A stretch of 59,851 nucleotides of DNA from Gemmatimonadaceae bacterium (GCA_016741895.1 JACVCT010000001.1:1-59851); one strand, 5' to 3'. Positions 10,726 to 21,442 are shown, counted from the first letter of the stretch. Made by a program: numbers and translations. Notes: generated by a model not told the origin, from the letters alone.

Positions 10726-12105
10726 GTGAGCATCAGCCAGACCATCTTCCGGCAGTACGACGTACGCGGCATCGTGGGACAGGACCTGACGGAGGAGGTC
10801 GCGTACGGCATCGGACGTGGATACGCCACCCTGCTGGCCGCACGCGGGGTGCAGGGAGCCGTGGCGGTGGGGCGCGACAACCGGCCCAGCGGCGCGGCGC
10901 TGCGTGACGCGCTGGTGCGCGGGCTGACCGAGTGCGGCGTGGATGTGGTGGACATCGGTGTAGTGCCCACCCCGCTGCTCTACTGGTCGCTGCATCACGA
11001 GCCGGTGGTGGGTGGCATCCAGATCACCGGCTCGCACAATCCGCCCGAGTACAACGGCTTCAAGATGTGCCTCGGGACCGGCTCGCTGCACGGGGCGGAC
11101 ATCCAGACGCTGTACGGATACATCGTGGCTGGTGCGCATCCGGTGGGGCAGGGCCAGGTGCGGCACGCGGAGGTCATCGAGCGCTATGTCGCCGACATTG
11201 CGGCGCGCATCGGCCCCATCGCCCACCCCGACGGAACGCCGCTCAAGGTGGTGTACGACTGTGGCAACGGCGCCGGTGCGCTGGTCGCCCCGCAGCTGAT
11301 GCAGGCGCTGGGTGTGCAGGGCATCGGTCTGTTCACCGAGAGCGACGGCACGTTCCCGAATCATCACCCGGACCCCACCGTCCCCGAAAACCTCGAGGAC
11401 TGCATTGCGGCCGTGCGTGCGCATGGCGCCGAGCTGGGTGTGGCATTCGATGGCGATGCCGATCGCATCGGTGTCGTCGACGCCCAGGGCCGCATCATCT
11501 GGGGCGACCACATTCTCATTCTGTACGCGCGCGACGTTCTCGCGCGCACCGGCCTCGGCCAGCCCATCATCTTCGACGTAAAGTGCTCACAGGCCCTCAC
11601 CGACGCCATCGAGAAGGCCGGCGGTCAGGCCGTGATGTGGAAGACGGGGCACTCCCTCATCAAGGACAAGATGAAGGCCATGCAGGCCCCGATCGCCGGT
11701 GAGATGTCGGGCCACATGTTCTTCACCGAGGGATTCTACGGGCACGACGACGCCCTGTACGCCGCCGCGCGTCTGTTGCGCATCCTGGCCGACAGCGGCA
11801 AGCGCATCGATGAGTTGCTGGCGGATGTGCCGCCGTTCGTGTCGACGCCGGAAATCCGCATCGACACCGACGAAGCCACCAAGTTCGCCATCATGTCGCG
11901 CGCGGTCCCGCACTTCACGGCGTCGCATGACGTCATCGATGTGGACGGGGTGCGTGTGCTCTTTGGTGACGGCTGGGGCCTGCTCCGCGCCTCCAACACA
12001 CAGCCGGTGATCGTGGCCCGTTACGAGGCCCGCAGCCCGGAGCGGCTGGCCGAAATCCGCGGCGTGATGGAAGGCTGGCTGCGCGCACAGGGTGTGAGCG
12101 TCTGA
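10726..12105 (+). CDS. Phosphomannomutase/phosphoglucomutase (AlgC-like)
   Basis: FRQYDVRG, TGSHNP, FDGDADR, GEMSGH, RASNTQP. Confidence 0.95.
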   Translation: MSISQTIFRQYDVRGIVGQDLTEEVAYGIGRGYATLLAARGVQGAVAVGRDNRPSGAALRDALVRGLTECGVDVVDIGVVPTPLLYWSLHHEPVVGGIQITGSHNPPEYNGFKMCLGTGSLHGADIQTLYGYIVAGAHPVGQGQVRHAEVIERYVADIAARIGPIAHPDGTPLKVVYDCGNGAGALVAPQLMQALGVQGIGLFTESDGTFPNHHPDPTVPENLEDCIAAVRAHGAELGVAFDGDADRIGVVDAQGRIIWGDHILILYARDVLARTGLGQPIIFDVKCSQALTDAIEKAGGQAVMWKTGHSLIKDKMKAMQAPIAGEMSGHMFFTEGFYGHDDALYAAARLLRILADSGKRIDELLADVPPFVSTPEIRIDTDEATKFAIMSRAVPHFTASHDVIDVDGVRVLFGDGWGLLRASNTQPVIVARYEARSPERLAEIRGVMEGWLRAQGVSV

Positions 12106-12126
12106 CGCCCAGGACGCGAGGCTGAC

Positions 12127-14868
12127 ATGCGAGGCCGCGCATGGTTGTTCGGACTGCTGGCGGCAGCGGCCGCGCTGCTGCTGGCGGGTCGCACCGTGAC
12201 GGCCCTCATGGTCGACCATGCGTGGTACCGCGCCATGGGAGTGTCCGGGCTGTTCTGGGAGCAGCTCACCAACACACTCCTGCTGCAGGGTGGTGCGTGG
12301 GTGGCCGGCACCCTGTTCGCGTTTGCCAACCTGCATGCCGTACGGCGCACGATTCTGGCGGTCGCCGTGCCGTCCCGGGTGGCCAACATCGAGTTGACGG
12401 CCATGGTCCCCGGACGCCGGCTGTTCTCGCTCACGGTGGTCCTGTCGCTCGTGGTGGGGGCCGTGCTGGCCTGGCCGCTCGACAACTGGGAAGCCCTGCT
12501 GATGGCGCGGCACGGCGAGCGCTTCGGAGAAATCGAAGGCATCTTCGACCGCGATCTCGGCCACTATCTCTACTGGCTGCCGCTCGAGGAAACCCTGTAC
12601 CTGTGGGCGTTGGTGTCGGTCGTGTCGCTCACTGCCATGGTGCTGGTGCTCTACGCGCTGACCCGCTCACTCCGGCTTGAAGGTCGGCGCCTCGCCGCCA
12701 GCACCCACGTGCGGCGGCACCTGAGCGTGCTGGGCAGCCTCGTGTTGCTGCTGCTCGCCTGGAGCTATCGACTCGATGCCTTCGATCTGCTGACACATGG
12801 CAGCGGCCCCGATGGCATGTTCCTGCGCGTGGACCATCGCATCACGCTGCGGATGGACACGATTCTGTCGTATGGCGCGGTGCTGGCCGCGCTGGTGGTG
12901 TTTCGCGCGGGCTGGGTGGGGCAATTGCGAACGGCGTTCATCACCCTGACGGTGGTCCTCGTGTCGGCGCTGGGTCTGCGCCACGTGGCGCCGGCGGTGG
13001 CGGCCCGGGCGCAGCCCGACGCGGACGCGCGACGTCGCGACGCCGACTATGTGGCCTCGCGCGCGCTCTACAGCCGCCGCGCCTTTGATGTCGACGCCAT
13101 GCGGCCCGTGACCAATGACAGCAGCGCTGCCCTGTATTCGCGGCTGGTGTTGCCGACGGTCATGCTGGCGGAGCGGGTGAGTCTCTGGGATCGGGCCGGA
13201 CTGGCCGCGGGGCTCGGCGAAGAGGGCGGTGCCGGTGCGCCGGAGGCAGCCACGCGGGCGGAGAGTGTCGGCGCGCGGACCGGAGCGGACCGGGGGCGTG
13301 TGGCGGGACCCGCTCGCGACGGCATGCTGCCGCTCCCTGCGGCGGGTTTGGCCGCGCCGCCGGCGCTGCCTGTTGGTGGTTCCACCGATGCGCTGTCGGC
13401 GCGCTACATCGACGCAGCCACTGTCGGCTGGCGTATGCACGAGGGACGCCTGCGCGCCCTGCGCGTGCGGCGCCCGGTGGGGGCGAACGAACGCTGGCCC
13501 GTCAGTCTGGTGGACGTGACCCAGGTGGTGCTGCGCGACAGTCAGCTGGAGTGGCCCGCGCGCGACGGCGTAGCCCGCGACGCGCTGCGCGAGGAATTGC
13601 CCGACGGCTCACTGCGCGGCGGGTGGCCGATGTTCGGGCCCGGGTTGAGCGAACCGCAGTTGCTCGATGGATCCGAATCGGCGGCAGACCTGGGGGAGGC
13701 CAGCGACGCGGTGATTGGGGTCCCGCTGAACAGCTGGCGCGCGCGGGTGGCCCATGCCTGGGCCCTGCGTGATGCCTCGCTGCTTCAGCCGGCCAGTCTG
13801 CGCTTCCGCTCACCGCTGCTCGTGACCCATCGTGATGTGCGCGAGCGGGTGCAGCGACTGGCTCCGATCTTCGTGCAGGGACAGGAACTGCAGCCGCTGT
13901 TGCACGGCACGCGCCTGTACTGGGCCTTGCACCTTTACAGTGCATCCGATCGCTATCCGCTCAGCCAGCGCTGGCAGGTCGGTGCCGGCGTGTATTCGTA
14001 CTTCAAGTTGGCCGCCACGGCTCTCGTGGACGCGACGACCGGGCAGACCCGCCTCGTGCCCGTGCGGACGCCGGATGCGGTCACGCGCACCTGGCAAACC
14101 CGCTTCCCGGCGCTGTTCACGGCCGACAGTCTGCTGCCCGATGGATTGGCGGACCGGTTGCCGGCCGCCAGTGAGCGCGGACTGCTGCAGATTCGCACGC
14201 TGGCCCGCTACGGCTCCCGGCTCGACGGTGCGGCGGCGCGCAGCGTGCCGGACAGCGCACTGCTTGGCGGCACGCCGCCCCCACTGGCCCTTGGCGCGGG
14301 GGCACAGCCAACGCCCGGCTGGGCCCTGCCTCTGCTGGACGAGGGGGAGCAGGTGGACGGCATCGCCCTGGTCGCCGGCGGAAGTGAGCGTGCGACCTAC
14401 TGGGGGCCGGTCGCCGGAGCCAAATGGCAGTGGCGCGGTTTGAACACCGCACTGCAGCTCGGGCTGGACAGTGCGCGAGCGGCTCTGCCGGACGGCGTGC
14501 GGCGGGACGCGCGCCTGCGGCGCGGACGCATCGTCGCGCTGCCAACGACGGCGGGCTTCCTGTACCTGCAGGCGGTGCAGTGGACCCGCGGTGACGGCAG
14601 CACCGTCGTGGCCCGCGTGGCCATCACGGATGGCGCGCGTGTCGGGGTTGGGAGCACCACCCTCGAGGCGCTCTCGCGGCTCGGAGTGACGGTGGGCCCG
14701 GCCTCGACTACGGGTGCGGCACCGATGGATGTGGTGCCGGCAGCTGGCGAGGCGAGTGCGGCACGCTGGTATGACGCGATGCGGCAGGCCATGCGTCGCG
14801 GAGACTGGAGTGCGTTCGGGGCAGCGTTTGACAGCCTCGGGCGCGTATTGGGACGACCGCCGCAGTGA
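12127..14868 (+). CDS. UPF0182-family membrane protein (divergent)
   Basis: About 7 N-terminal TM helices, IFDRDLGHYLYWLP, YSASDRYP, C-terminal AMRRGDWSAFG. Confidence 0.75.
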   Translation: MRGRAWLFGLLAAAAALLLAGRTVTALMVDHAWYRAMGVSGLFWEQLTNTLLLQGGAWVAGTLFAFANLHAVRRTILAVAVPSRVANIELTAMVPGRRLFSLTVVLSLVVGAVLAWPLDNWEALLMARHGERFGEIEGIFDRDLGHYLYWLPLEETLYLWALVSVVSLTAMVLVLYALTRSLRLEGRRLAASTHVRRHLSVLGSLVLLLLAWSYRLDAFDLLTHGSGPDGMFLRVDHRITLRMDTILSYGAVLAALVVFRAGWVGQLRTAFITLTVVLVSALGLRHVAPAVAARAQPDADARRRDADYVASRALYSRRAFDVDAMRPVTNDSSAALYSRLVLPTVMLAERVSLWDRAGLAAGLGEEGGAGAPEAATRAESVGARTGADRGRVAGPARDGMLPLPAAGLAAPPALPVGGSTDALSARYIDAATVGWRMHEGRLRALRVRRPVGANERWPVSLVDVTQVVLRDSQLEWPARDGVARDALREELPDGSLRGGWPMFGPGLSEPQLLDGSESAADLGEASDAVIGVPLNSWRARVAHAWALRDASLLQPASLRFRSPLLVTHRDVRERVQRLAPIFVQGQELQPLLHGTRLYWALHLYSASDRYPLSQRWQVGAGVYSYFKLAATALVDATTGQTRLVPVRTPDAVTRTWQTRFPALFTADSLLPDGLADRLPAASERGLLQIRTLARYGSRLDGAAARSVPDSALLGGTPPPLALGAGAQPTPGWALPLLDEGEQVDGIALVAGGSERATYWGPVAGAKWQWRGLNTALQLGLDSARAALPDGVRRDARLRRGRIVALPTTAGFLYLQAVQWTRGDGSTVVARVAITDGARVGVGSTTLEALSRLGVTVGPASTTGAAPMDVVPAAGEASAARWYDAMRQAMRRGDWSAFGAAFDSLGRVLGRPPQ

Positions 14869-14875
14869 TTGCGGC

Positions 14876-14970
14876 CGGAGTCGTCGTCGCCGGTTCACGG
14901 CGATGGCTCCGACGGGAGAGGTCATCGGCGCGTGCGTGCGCCGCTGGTCCGACCCTCTGGCAGTGAACCG
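14876..14970 (+). other. Candidate structured RNA leader of sucC (two stems plus loop pseudoknot)
   Basis: 14-bp stem 14876-14889/14898-14911; its loop CGGTTCA is complementary to TGAACCG 14964-14970; second stem 14915-14958. Confidence 0.4.
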
Positions 14971-14996
14971 CTGACATTCCCCAGTTCGGAGAACGC

Positions 14997-16142
14997 GTGA
15001 ACCTACACGAGTATCAGGCGAAGGAGCTGCTGCGGGCGGCCGGTGTGCCGATTCCGCCCGGCGAAGTCGCCACGACGCCCGACCAGGCGGAAGCCATCGC
15101 GAAGCGCTATGGCGTGGCCGTCATGGTCAAGGCCCAGGTCCATGCCGGCGGCCGCGGCAAGGCCGGTGGTGTGAAGTTCTGCCCCACGCCGGAAGCGGCG
15201 AAGGAAAAGGCGCAGGCCATCCTGGGCATGACGATCAAGGACCTCACCGTCGAGAAGGTGCTCGTGACGGTGGCTGCGGACATCGGCTCGGAAGCCTATG
15301 TCGGCATCATCGTCGATCGTGCCACCAAGAAGCCGGTGTTCATGGTGTCCGCCGCCGGCGGCATCGACATCGAGGAAGTGGCCGCGACCACGCCGGAAAA
15401 GATCCTCTACCACCCGGTGGACACGCGCTACGGCCTGCTGCCGTTCGAAGCCATGCGCATGGGCTTCTTCCTGTACAAGGACGTCAAGCTCGCGCGTCAG
15501 GCCGCGAAGATCATGCAGCAGCTCTACACGGCGTTCATGAGCGCGGGCTGCTCGCTCGCGGAAATCAATCCGCTGGTGCTCACGCCGCAGGGCGAGCTCA
15601 TCGCCGTCGATGGCAAGATGGTCATCGATGACAATGAGCTCGATCGCCGCCCCGAGATCGCCGCGCTGCGCGACGAATCGTCGGAGGCGCCGAGCGAAGT
15701 GGACGCGCGCAACGCCAACCTCACGTTCATCAAGCTCGACGGCAACGTGGGCTGCGTGGTGAACGGCGCCGGCCTCGCCATGGCCACGATGGACCTCGTC
15801 AAGTACTACGGCGGCGATCCGGCCAACTTCCTCGACATCGGCGGCTCGTCGAATCCGGAGAAGGTGGTGAATGCGCTGCGCATCATCACCGCCGATCCGA
15901 ACGTGAAGTGCATCCTGTTCAACATCTTCGGCGGCATCACGCGCACCGATGACGTGGCCAATGGCATCGTCACGGCCACGAAGGCGAATCCGCTCAAGGT
16001 GCCCATCGTCATCCGCCTCACCGGCACGAACGAGGAAATCGCGTTGCAGATCCTGAAGGACAACGGCTTCTCCGCGTCGAGCGACATGGATTCGGCTGTG
16101 CAGCGCGCGGTGGAACTCGCGACCAAGGGAGGTGCCGCGTGA
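14997..16142 (+). CDS. sucC: Succinyl-CoA synthetase beta subunit
   Basis: [38 protein letters not shown]; RBS GGAGA. Confidence 0.98.
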   Translation: MNLHEYQAKELLRAAGVPIPPGEVATTPDQAEAIAKRYGVAVMVKAQVHAGGRGKAGGVKFCPTPEAAKEKAQAILGMTIKDLTVEKVLVTVAADIGSEAYVGIIVDRATKKPVFMVSAAGGIDIEEVAATTPEKILYHPVDTRYGLLPFEAMRMGFFLYKDVKLARQAAKIMQQLYTAFMSAGCSLAEINPLVLTPQGELIAVDGKMVIDDNELDRRPEIAALRDESSEAPSEVDARNANLTFIKLDGNVGCVVNGAGLAMATMDLVKYYGGDPANFLDIGGSSNPEKVVNALRIITADPNVKCILFNIFGGITRTDDVANGIVTATKANPLKVPIVIRLTGTNEEIALQILKDNGFSASSDMDSAVQRAVELATKGGAA

Positions 16143-17008
16143 GCATCTTCATCGACAAGAGCACCAAGCTGGTGGTGCAGGGCATCACGGGCCGCGACGG
16201 CTCGTTCCATGCCAAGCAGATGATCGAGTACGGCACGCAGGTCGTGGCCGGTGTCACGCCCGGCAAGGGTGGTCAGACCTTCGAAGGCACAGCGCCGATT
16301 TTTGACACGGTGCATGACGCGGTGCAGGCCACCGGCGCCAACACCTCGGTGATCTACGTGCCGCCCATGTACGCGGCCGACGCCATCATGGAAGCGGCGG
16401 CAGCCGGTGTGAAGTTCATCGTCTGCATCACCGAAGGCGTGCCGGTCCTCGACATGACCAAGGTGTACCCGTTCGTGAAGGAGCACGGCGCGCGACTGCT
16501 CGGTCCCAACTGCCCGGGCCTCATCACGCCGGGCGAAAGCAAGGTCGGCATCATTCCGGGCCGCATCTGCACGCCGGGTCCGGTGGGTGTCGTCAGCCGC
16601 TCGGGCACGCTCACCTACGAGGTGGTGAACGCGCTGACCAAGGCCGGCATCGGCCAGAGCACCTGCGTCGGTATCGGTGGTGACCCCATCAACGGCACCA
16701 ACTTCATCGACTGCCTCGCGGCCTTCGAGAAGGATCCGAACACCAAGGCCGTGGCCATGATGGGCGAGATCGGTGGCACGGACGAGCAGGAAGCGGCCGA
16801 CTTCGTGAAGAACCACATGACCAAGCCGGTCGTGGGCTTCATTGCCGGTCAGACGGCCCCGCCGGGACGCCGCATGGGTCACGCGGGTGCTATCATCTCG
16901 GGTTCGGCTGGTACGGCGGCCGAGAAGATCGACTCGTTCAAGGCGGCGGGCATGGGCGTGGCCCAGCGTCCGATCGACTTCGTCGAGCTCATCAAGGCCC
17001 GCCTGTAA
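16139..17008 (+). CDS. sucD: Succinyl-CoA synthetase alpha subunit
   Basis: [27 protein letters not shown]. Confidence 0.98.
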   Translation: MSIFIDKSTKLVVQGITGRDGSFHAKQMIEYGTQVVAGVTPGKGGQTFEGTAPIFDTVHDAVQATGANTSVIYVPPMYAADAIMEAAAAGVKFIVCITEGVPVLDMTKVYPFVKEHGARLLGPNCPGLITPGESKVGIIPGRICTPGPVGVVSRSGTLTYEVVNALTKAGIGQSTCVGIGGDPINGTNFIDCLAAFEKDPNTKAVAMMGEIGGTDEQEAADFVKNHMTKPVVGFIAGQTAPPGRRMGHAGAIISGSAGTAAEKIDSFKAAGMGVAQRPIDFVELIKARL

Positions 17009-17045
17009 CAGGCGGGACCGGCCTGCCGCGTCAGGCCGGAGCGGT

Positions 17046-17085
17046 TATCTTTCGCGCGGCGGGATCCTCCGGGGTCCCGCCGCGC
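17046..17085 (+). promoter_or_regulatory. Putative -10 (TATCTT) followed by a 14-bp 5' hairpin upstream of ndk
   Basis: TATCTT 17046-17051; stem 17054-17067/17072-17085. Confidence 0.4.
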
Positions 17086-17129
17086 CTGCGTTCCGGCGCC
17101 GTGCATTCACCCTTCGACACCACACGACC

Positions 17130-17552
17130 ATGGCTGGCCGTCGCACCCTTACGATCGTGAAGCCCGACGCCTTTGGCGCCGGCAACGCGGGAAACATCAT
17201 CGCACTCCTCGAGCGCCAGGGCTTCGCCGTGAAGGCGGCCCGCGTCATGCACCTCACCAAGGCGCAGGCCGGTGCCTTCTACGAGGTCCACAAGGAGCGC
17301 CCGTTCTACGGGGAGCTGGTGGACTTCATGACCAGCGGCCCGTGCATGCCCATGATCCTCGAGAAGGACGACGCCGTGGCGGCCCTGCGTGTGGCCATTG
17401 GCGCCACCGACCCGGCCGAGGCGGCCGAGGGCACGGTGCGCAAGCTGTACGCCGAGTCGAAGGGCAAGAACGCCATCCACGCCTCGGACTCCGACGAGAA
17501 CGCGGCCCGCGAGGCGCGCTTTTTCTTCGCCGAAGCCGACGTCATCGCCTGA
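17130..17552 (+). CDS. ndk: Nucleoside diphosphate kinase
   Basis: [28 protein letters not shown]. Confidence 0.97.
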   Translation: MAGRRTLTIVKPDAFGAGNAGNIIALLERQGFAVKAARVMHLTKAQAGAFYEVHKERPFYGELVDFMTSGPCMPMILEKDDAVAALRVAIGATDPAEAAEGTVRKLYAESKGKNAIHASDSDENAAREARFFFAEADVIA

Positions 17553-17618
17553 TTTGGCGCCAGCGGCCTAACTTGTGGCCAGATGGCCACTTGGACGGTT
17601 GAGATCGGGCCAGAATGC

Positions 17619-17655
17619 AGAGCGGCAGCCCTTGTGAAACGGGGGCTGCCGTTCT
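17619..17655 (+). terminator. 17-bp stem-loop after ndk (possible terminator, no clear U tract)
   Basis: AGAGCGGCAGCCCTTGT-GAA-ACGGGGGCTGCCGTTCT with 3 G-U pairs. Confidence 0.45.
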
Positions 17656-17660
17656 ACGTT
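17632..17660 (+). promoter_or_regulatory. Putative sigma70 promoter of yceD-rpmF-plsX-fab (near-leaderless yceD)
   Basis: TTGTGA-N17-TACGTT; ATG lies 8 nt after the -10. Confidence 0.5.
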
Positions 17661-17668
17661 ACACGGCT

Positions 17669-18178
17669 ATGCTGGACTTTGACATCCGCAGTTTGGAGGC
17701 GCGGGCCGCCCAGGTAGAAGGACTCATGGCGACCGCGGATCCGACGTGGTTGGACGGCGATGCGCGGCCGGTGGAACCGGGCGTGCAGGTGGTGGGCCGT
17801 CTTTCCAGTGCGGGCGCGGGCCGCTTTTACTTCAGCGGCAGCATCGAAGGCAAGGCCGTAACCGAGTGCCGTCGCTGTCTGGGCGAAGCCACGGTTCAGG
17901 TTGCGGAAGAAGTGCATCTGATTTTTGCCGAGTCGGGCACCGACGAGGCGGAAGAGGATGATGTCGTGCTGATCCCCGCGGGAGCCCGCGTCCTGGATCT
18001 GCGTCCGGCGGTGCGTGAGGAGTGGCTGCTGGCCGTTCCGGCGTTTGCGCTGTGCCGGACGGAGTGCCAGGGCCTGTGTCCCTCCTGCGGCGTCGATCGC
18101 AACACGGGGAGCTGTCAGTGCTCTCCAACTCTCGATCCCCGTTGGGCGGCGTTGCGCGATCTGCGCAGTACCGACTGA
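17669..18178 (+). CDS. yceD: YceD/DUF177 family protein
   Basis: ECRRCL, CRTECQGLCPSCG, DPRWAAL; directly upstream of rpmF. Confidence 0.92.
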   Translation: MLDFDIRSLEARAAQVEGLMATADPTWLDGDARPVEPGVQVVGRLSSAGAGRFYFSGSIEGKAVTECRRCLGEATVQVAEEVHLIFAESGTDEAEEDDVVLIPAGARVLDLRPAVREEWLLAVPAFALCRTECQGLCPSCGVDRNTGSCQCSPTLDPRWAALRDLRSTD

Positions 18179-18214
18179 CGGTCATTTTCGTCTCGAACGC
18201 TCAGGGCTGTATCC

Positions 18215-18397
18215 ATGGCCGTACCGAAGCGCCGCACCTCGAAGCGGCGGAAGCGCGCCCGCAACACGCACAAGACCGCGCCCGCCATCGTCATTCAGTC
18301 GTGCCCGCAGTGTGGCTCCGCCAAGCGTCCGCACCGCGTGTGCGGCGAGTGCGGCTACTACGCGGGTGAGCAGCGGGTAGCGGCGCAGGAAGCGTAA
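18215..18397 (+). CDS. rpmF: 50S ribosomal protein L32 (Zn-ribbon form)
   Basis: MAVPKRRTSK, CPQCG..PHRVCGECGYY. Confidence 0.98.
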   Translation: MAVPKRRTSKRRKRARNTHKTAPAIVIQSCPQCGSAKRPHRVCGECGYYAGEQRVAAQEA

Positions 18398-18399
18398 GC

Positions 18400-19443
18400 T
18401 TGGCGCGCATCGCCGTGGATGCCATGGGGGGCGACTACGCCCCCCGGGCCCCCATCGCGGGCGCCCTCCATGCGCTCGGAGCGCTGCCCCCGGAACACCA
18501 CATCGAGCTGGTGGGCCAGACGGCCGTCATCGAACGCGAACTCGACGCGCTGTTGCGCGATGAGCTCGCGGCGTTGGCGCACGTCCGCTCCCGGCTGTCC
18601 ATCGTCGAGGCGCCCGACGTCATCGAGATGACGGATAGCCCGCGTGTGGCCATGCGGGCCAAGCCCAACAGCTCCATGGTGGTGGGCATCCGGCGTGTGG
18701 CCGAAGGCCTCGCGCATGGCTTCGTGTCCGCCGGCAATACCGGCGCGCAGATGGCCGCCTCGCTCATGCTGCTCAAGCTGCACGAGGGCCTCAAGCGCCC
18801 CGCCATCGGCACGCTCTTTCCCACAGCTGCCCAGCCCATCCTCGTGCTCGATGTGGGCGCCAACGTCGACTGCGCCGCCGATGAGCTGGTGCAATTCGCG
18901 CGCATCGGCACCGTGTACGCCCGTGCCCTGCTGGGTCGCGACAATCCGGCCGTCGGGCTCCTCTCCATTGGCGAGGAAGCCGAAAAGGGCAACCTCGTGG
19001 TCAAGGAAGCCCACCAGCGCCTCCTGGGCGCCGGCCTCAACTTCCTCGGCAACGTCGAGGGACGCGACCTGCCGCGCGGCCACTGTGACCGCGGCGCCAT
19101 CGACGTGGTGGTCTGCGACGGCTTCACGGGCAACGTGCTGCTCAAGTTCTACGAGAGCATCGGGCCCATGCTTATCGGCAAGGTGTCGAAGGTGGCCAAC
19201 CTCGACCCGCGCAAGGTGGCCGCGTCGCTCACCGAACTCGACGTCGACGAATACGGCGGCGCGCCGCTGCTCGGTGTGCGCGGCGTCTCCATCATCTCGC
19301 ATGGCAAGAGCTCGCCCAAGGCTATCATGAACGCCATCCATCAGGCGCTGCGCGCGGTGGAGTCGGGCATGACGGACGAAATCGGGCTACAGCTCGCCGC
19401 CAGTCTGCCGAGCCTCACGCCGGACAGCGAACGCGCCTCATGA
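18400..19443 (+). CDS. plsX: Phosphate acyltransferase PlsX
   Basis: IAVDAMGGD, SAGNTGA, LDVGAN, CDGFTGN; TTG start. Confidence 0.97.
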   Translation: MARIAVDAMGGDYAPRAPIAGALHALGALPPEHHIELVGQTAVIERELDALLRDELAALAHVRSRLSIVEAPDVIEMTDSPRVAMRAKPNSSMVVGIRRVAEGLAHGFVSAGNTGAQMAASLMLLKLHEGLKRPAIGTLFPTAAQPILVLDVGANVDCAADELVQFARIGTVYARALLGRDNPAVGLLSIGEEAEKGNLVVKEAHQRLLGAGLNFLGNVEGRDLPRGHCDRGAIDVVVCDGFTGNVLLKFYESIGPMLIGKVSKVANLDPRKVAASLTELDVDEYGGAPLLGVRGVSIISHGKSSPKAIMNAIHQALRAVESGMTDEIGLQLAASLPSLTPDSERAS

Positions 19444-20432
19444 AGCGACCGTATTCGTACATCGCCGGCACCGGCCACGCCGTGCCGGCCAAGGTCGTCA
19501 CCAACGACGACATCGCCGCCATGGGCGTCGAGACCAACGACGCCTGGATCCAGGAGCGCACCGGCATCCGGCAACGGCACATTGCCGAGCCGGGCGAGTC
19601 GCTTTCGTCGCTCTGCGCCAAGGCCTCGCTGCAGGCCATGGCGAGAGCCGGCGTGCAGCCCGGTGAGATCGACACCATCATTGTCGGCACGGCCTCGCCC
19701 GATCATCTGCTGCCCTCGCAGGCCGTGGAGGTGCAAACGGCACTGGGCTGCTCACGCGCCGCCGCCTTCGACGTGGCCTCGGCCTGCTCCGGCTGGCTCT
19801 ACGGCGCCATCGTGGGTGACTCCATGATCGCCAGTGGCGCCGCCGACACGGTGCTGGTCATCGGCGCCGAGAAGCTCAGCGCGATCGTGGACTGGACCGA
19901 TCGCAACACCTGCATTCTGTTCGCCGACGGCGCGGGGGCCACGGTGCTGCGCCGCGCGCGCGGTGGGCAGAAGGGCATCATGTCCACGTTCATGCGCTCC
20001 GATGGCGCGCTGGCCGAACTGCTGTGGCGCCCTGCCGGCGGCGCGGCCGAGCCGTTCACGCCCGAGACACACGGCACCAAGCGCCAGTTCATTCACATGG
20101 CGGGCCGTGAAGTGTTCAAGCACGCCGTGCGCTCGATGGCCGAGGCCACTGATCGTGCGCTCGACATGGCGCGCATCACCGCAGCCGATGTGGATCTGCT
20201 CATTCCGCACCAGGCCAACGTGCGCATCATCGAAGCCACGGCCAAGCATGCCGGCATCAGCATGGACAAGGTGTTCGTGAATGTCGACCGCTTCGGCAAC
20301 ACCTCGGCGGCGTCCATCCCCATCGCGCTCAACGACGCGGTGGAGCAGGGGGTGCTCAAGGAAGGCATGACGGTGCTGTTCGCGGCCTTCGGCGCGGGCT
20401 TCACCTGGGGCTCGCTCGTCGTGCGCTACTGA
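19440..20432 (+). CDS. fabH: 3-oxoacyl-ACP synthase III
   Basis: ACSG, PHQAN, GNTSAAS, GAGFTWG. Confidence 0.97.
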   Translation: MKRPYSYIAGTGHAVPAKVVTNDDIAAMGVETNDAWIQERTGIRQRHIAEPGESLSSLCAKASLQAMARAGVQPGEIDTIIVGTASPDHLLPSQAVEVQTALGCSRAAAFDVASACSGWLYGAIVGDSMIASGAADTVLVIGAEKLSAIVDWTDRNTCILFADGAGATVLRRARGGQKGIMSTFMRSDGALAELLWRPAGGAAEPFTPETHGTKRQFIHMAGREVFKHAVRSMAEATDRALDMARITAADVDLLIPHQANVRIIEATAKHAGISMDKVFVNVDRFGNTSAASIPIALNDAVEQGVLKEGMTVLFAAFGAGFTWGSLVVRY

Positions 20433-20468
20433 GCGCACGTCTCTCCCTACTCAGGCAACGCAATTCCG

Positions 20469-21422
20469 ATGGCGATGGATTTCGTGGTGCTGCTGCCCGG
20501 TCAGGGCTCGCAGAAGGTGGGCATGGGCAAGGACCTCTATGAGGCCTTCCCCGCGGCGCGCGAGGCGTTTCACACGGTGGATGACGCCGTGGGTGCCTCC
20601 CTCTCCACGCTGGCCTTCGAGGGCCCGGCCGACGAACTCACGCGCACACTGAACGCGCAGCCCGCGCTGCTGGCGCACAGCGCCGCCGTGTGGGCCGTGC
20701 TGCAGGGCGCGCTGGCACCGCATGTACGCGCGACGGCCGGCCATTCGCTCGGCGAGTTCTCGGCCTACCACGTGGCGGGCGCGCTCGAATTGGCCGCCGC
20801 CGCGCGCATCGTGCGCCGCCGTGGTACGCTCATGTTCGAACAGGGCGTTGCGCGTCCCGGGGCCATGGTGGCCATTCTCGGTGTGCTGACCACGTCCATC
20901 GACGCCATCTGCGCGCAGGCCAGCAGCGAGCGTGGGCTCGTCGTGCCGGCCAACTACAACAGCGAAGAACAGGTGGTCATCTCCGGCGAGGTGGCCGGCG
21001 TCGAACGCGCCATGGAACTGGCCAAGGAAGCCGGCGCCAAGCGCTGTCTGCCGCTGCCGGTGAGCGGGGCGTTCCACTCGCCACTCATGGCGCCCGCTGT
21101 GGAGGGTCTCGCCGAGGCCATGCGTGCGGAAACCTGGCACACGCCACGCGTACCGGTGGTGGCCAACGTCAACGCCGCAGCAGTGCAGGACACCGACACC
21201 GCACGCACGCTGCTGGAGCAGCAGCTCACCGCACCCGTGCAGTGGACGCAGGTGGTGCGCACGCTGGCCGAGCGCCATCCGGAGGCCACCTTCCTCGAGA
21301 TCGGGACGGGAGCCGTGCTCACGGGTCTCGTGCGGCGCATTGCGCCCTCGGTGGCCACCGCCAATTGTGGCACCGTGGCCGAAGTCGAGAAGCTGTTGAC
21401 GAGCCTCGCGTCCCCCACCTGA
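20469..21422 (+). CDS. fabD: Malonyl-CoA:ACP transacylase
   Basis: PGQGSQ, GHSLGE, VSGAFHS. Confidence 0.97.
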   Translation: MAMDFVVLLPGQGSQKVGMGKDLYEAFPAAREAFHTVDDAVGASLSTLAFEGPADELTRTLNAQPALLAHSAAVWAVLQGALAPHVRATAGHSLGEFSAYHVAGALELAAAARIVRRRGTLMFEQGVARPGAMVAILGVLTTSIDAICAQASSERGLVVPANYNSEEQVVISGEVAGVERAMELAKEAGAKRCLPLPVSGAFHSPLMAPAVEGLAEAMRAETWHTPRVPVVANVNAAAVQDTDTARTLLEQQLTAPVQWTQVVRTLAERHPEATFLEIGTGAVLTGLVRRIAPSVATANCGTVAEVEKLLTSLASPT

Positions 21423-21442
21423 ACCGGGTCCTGCATCCACTC

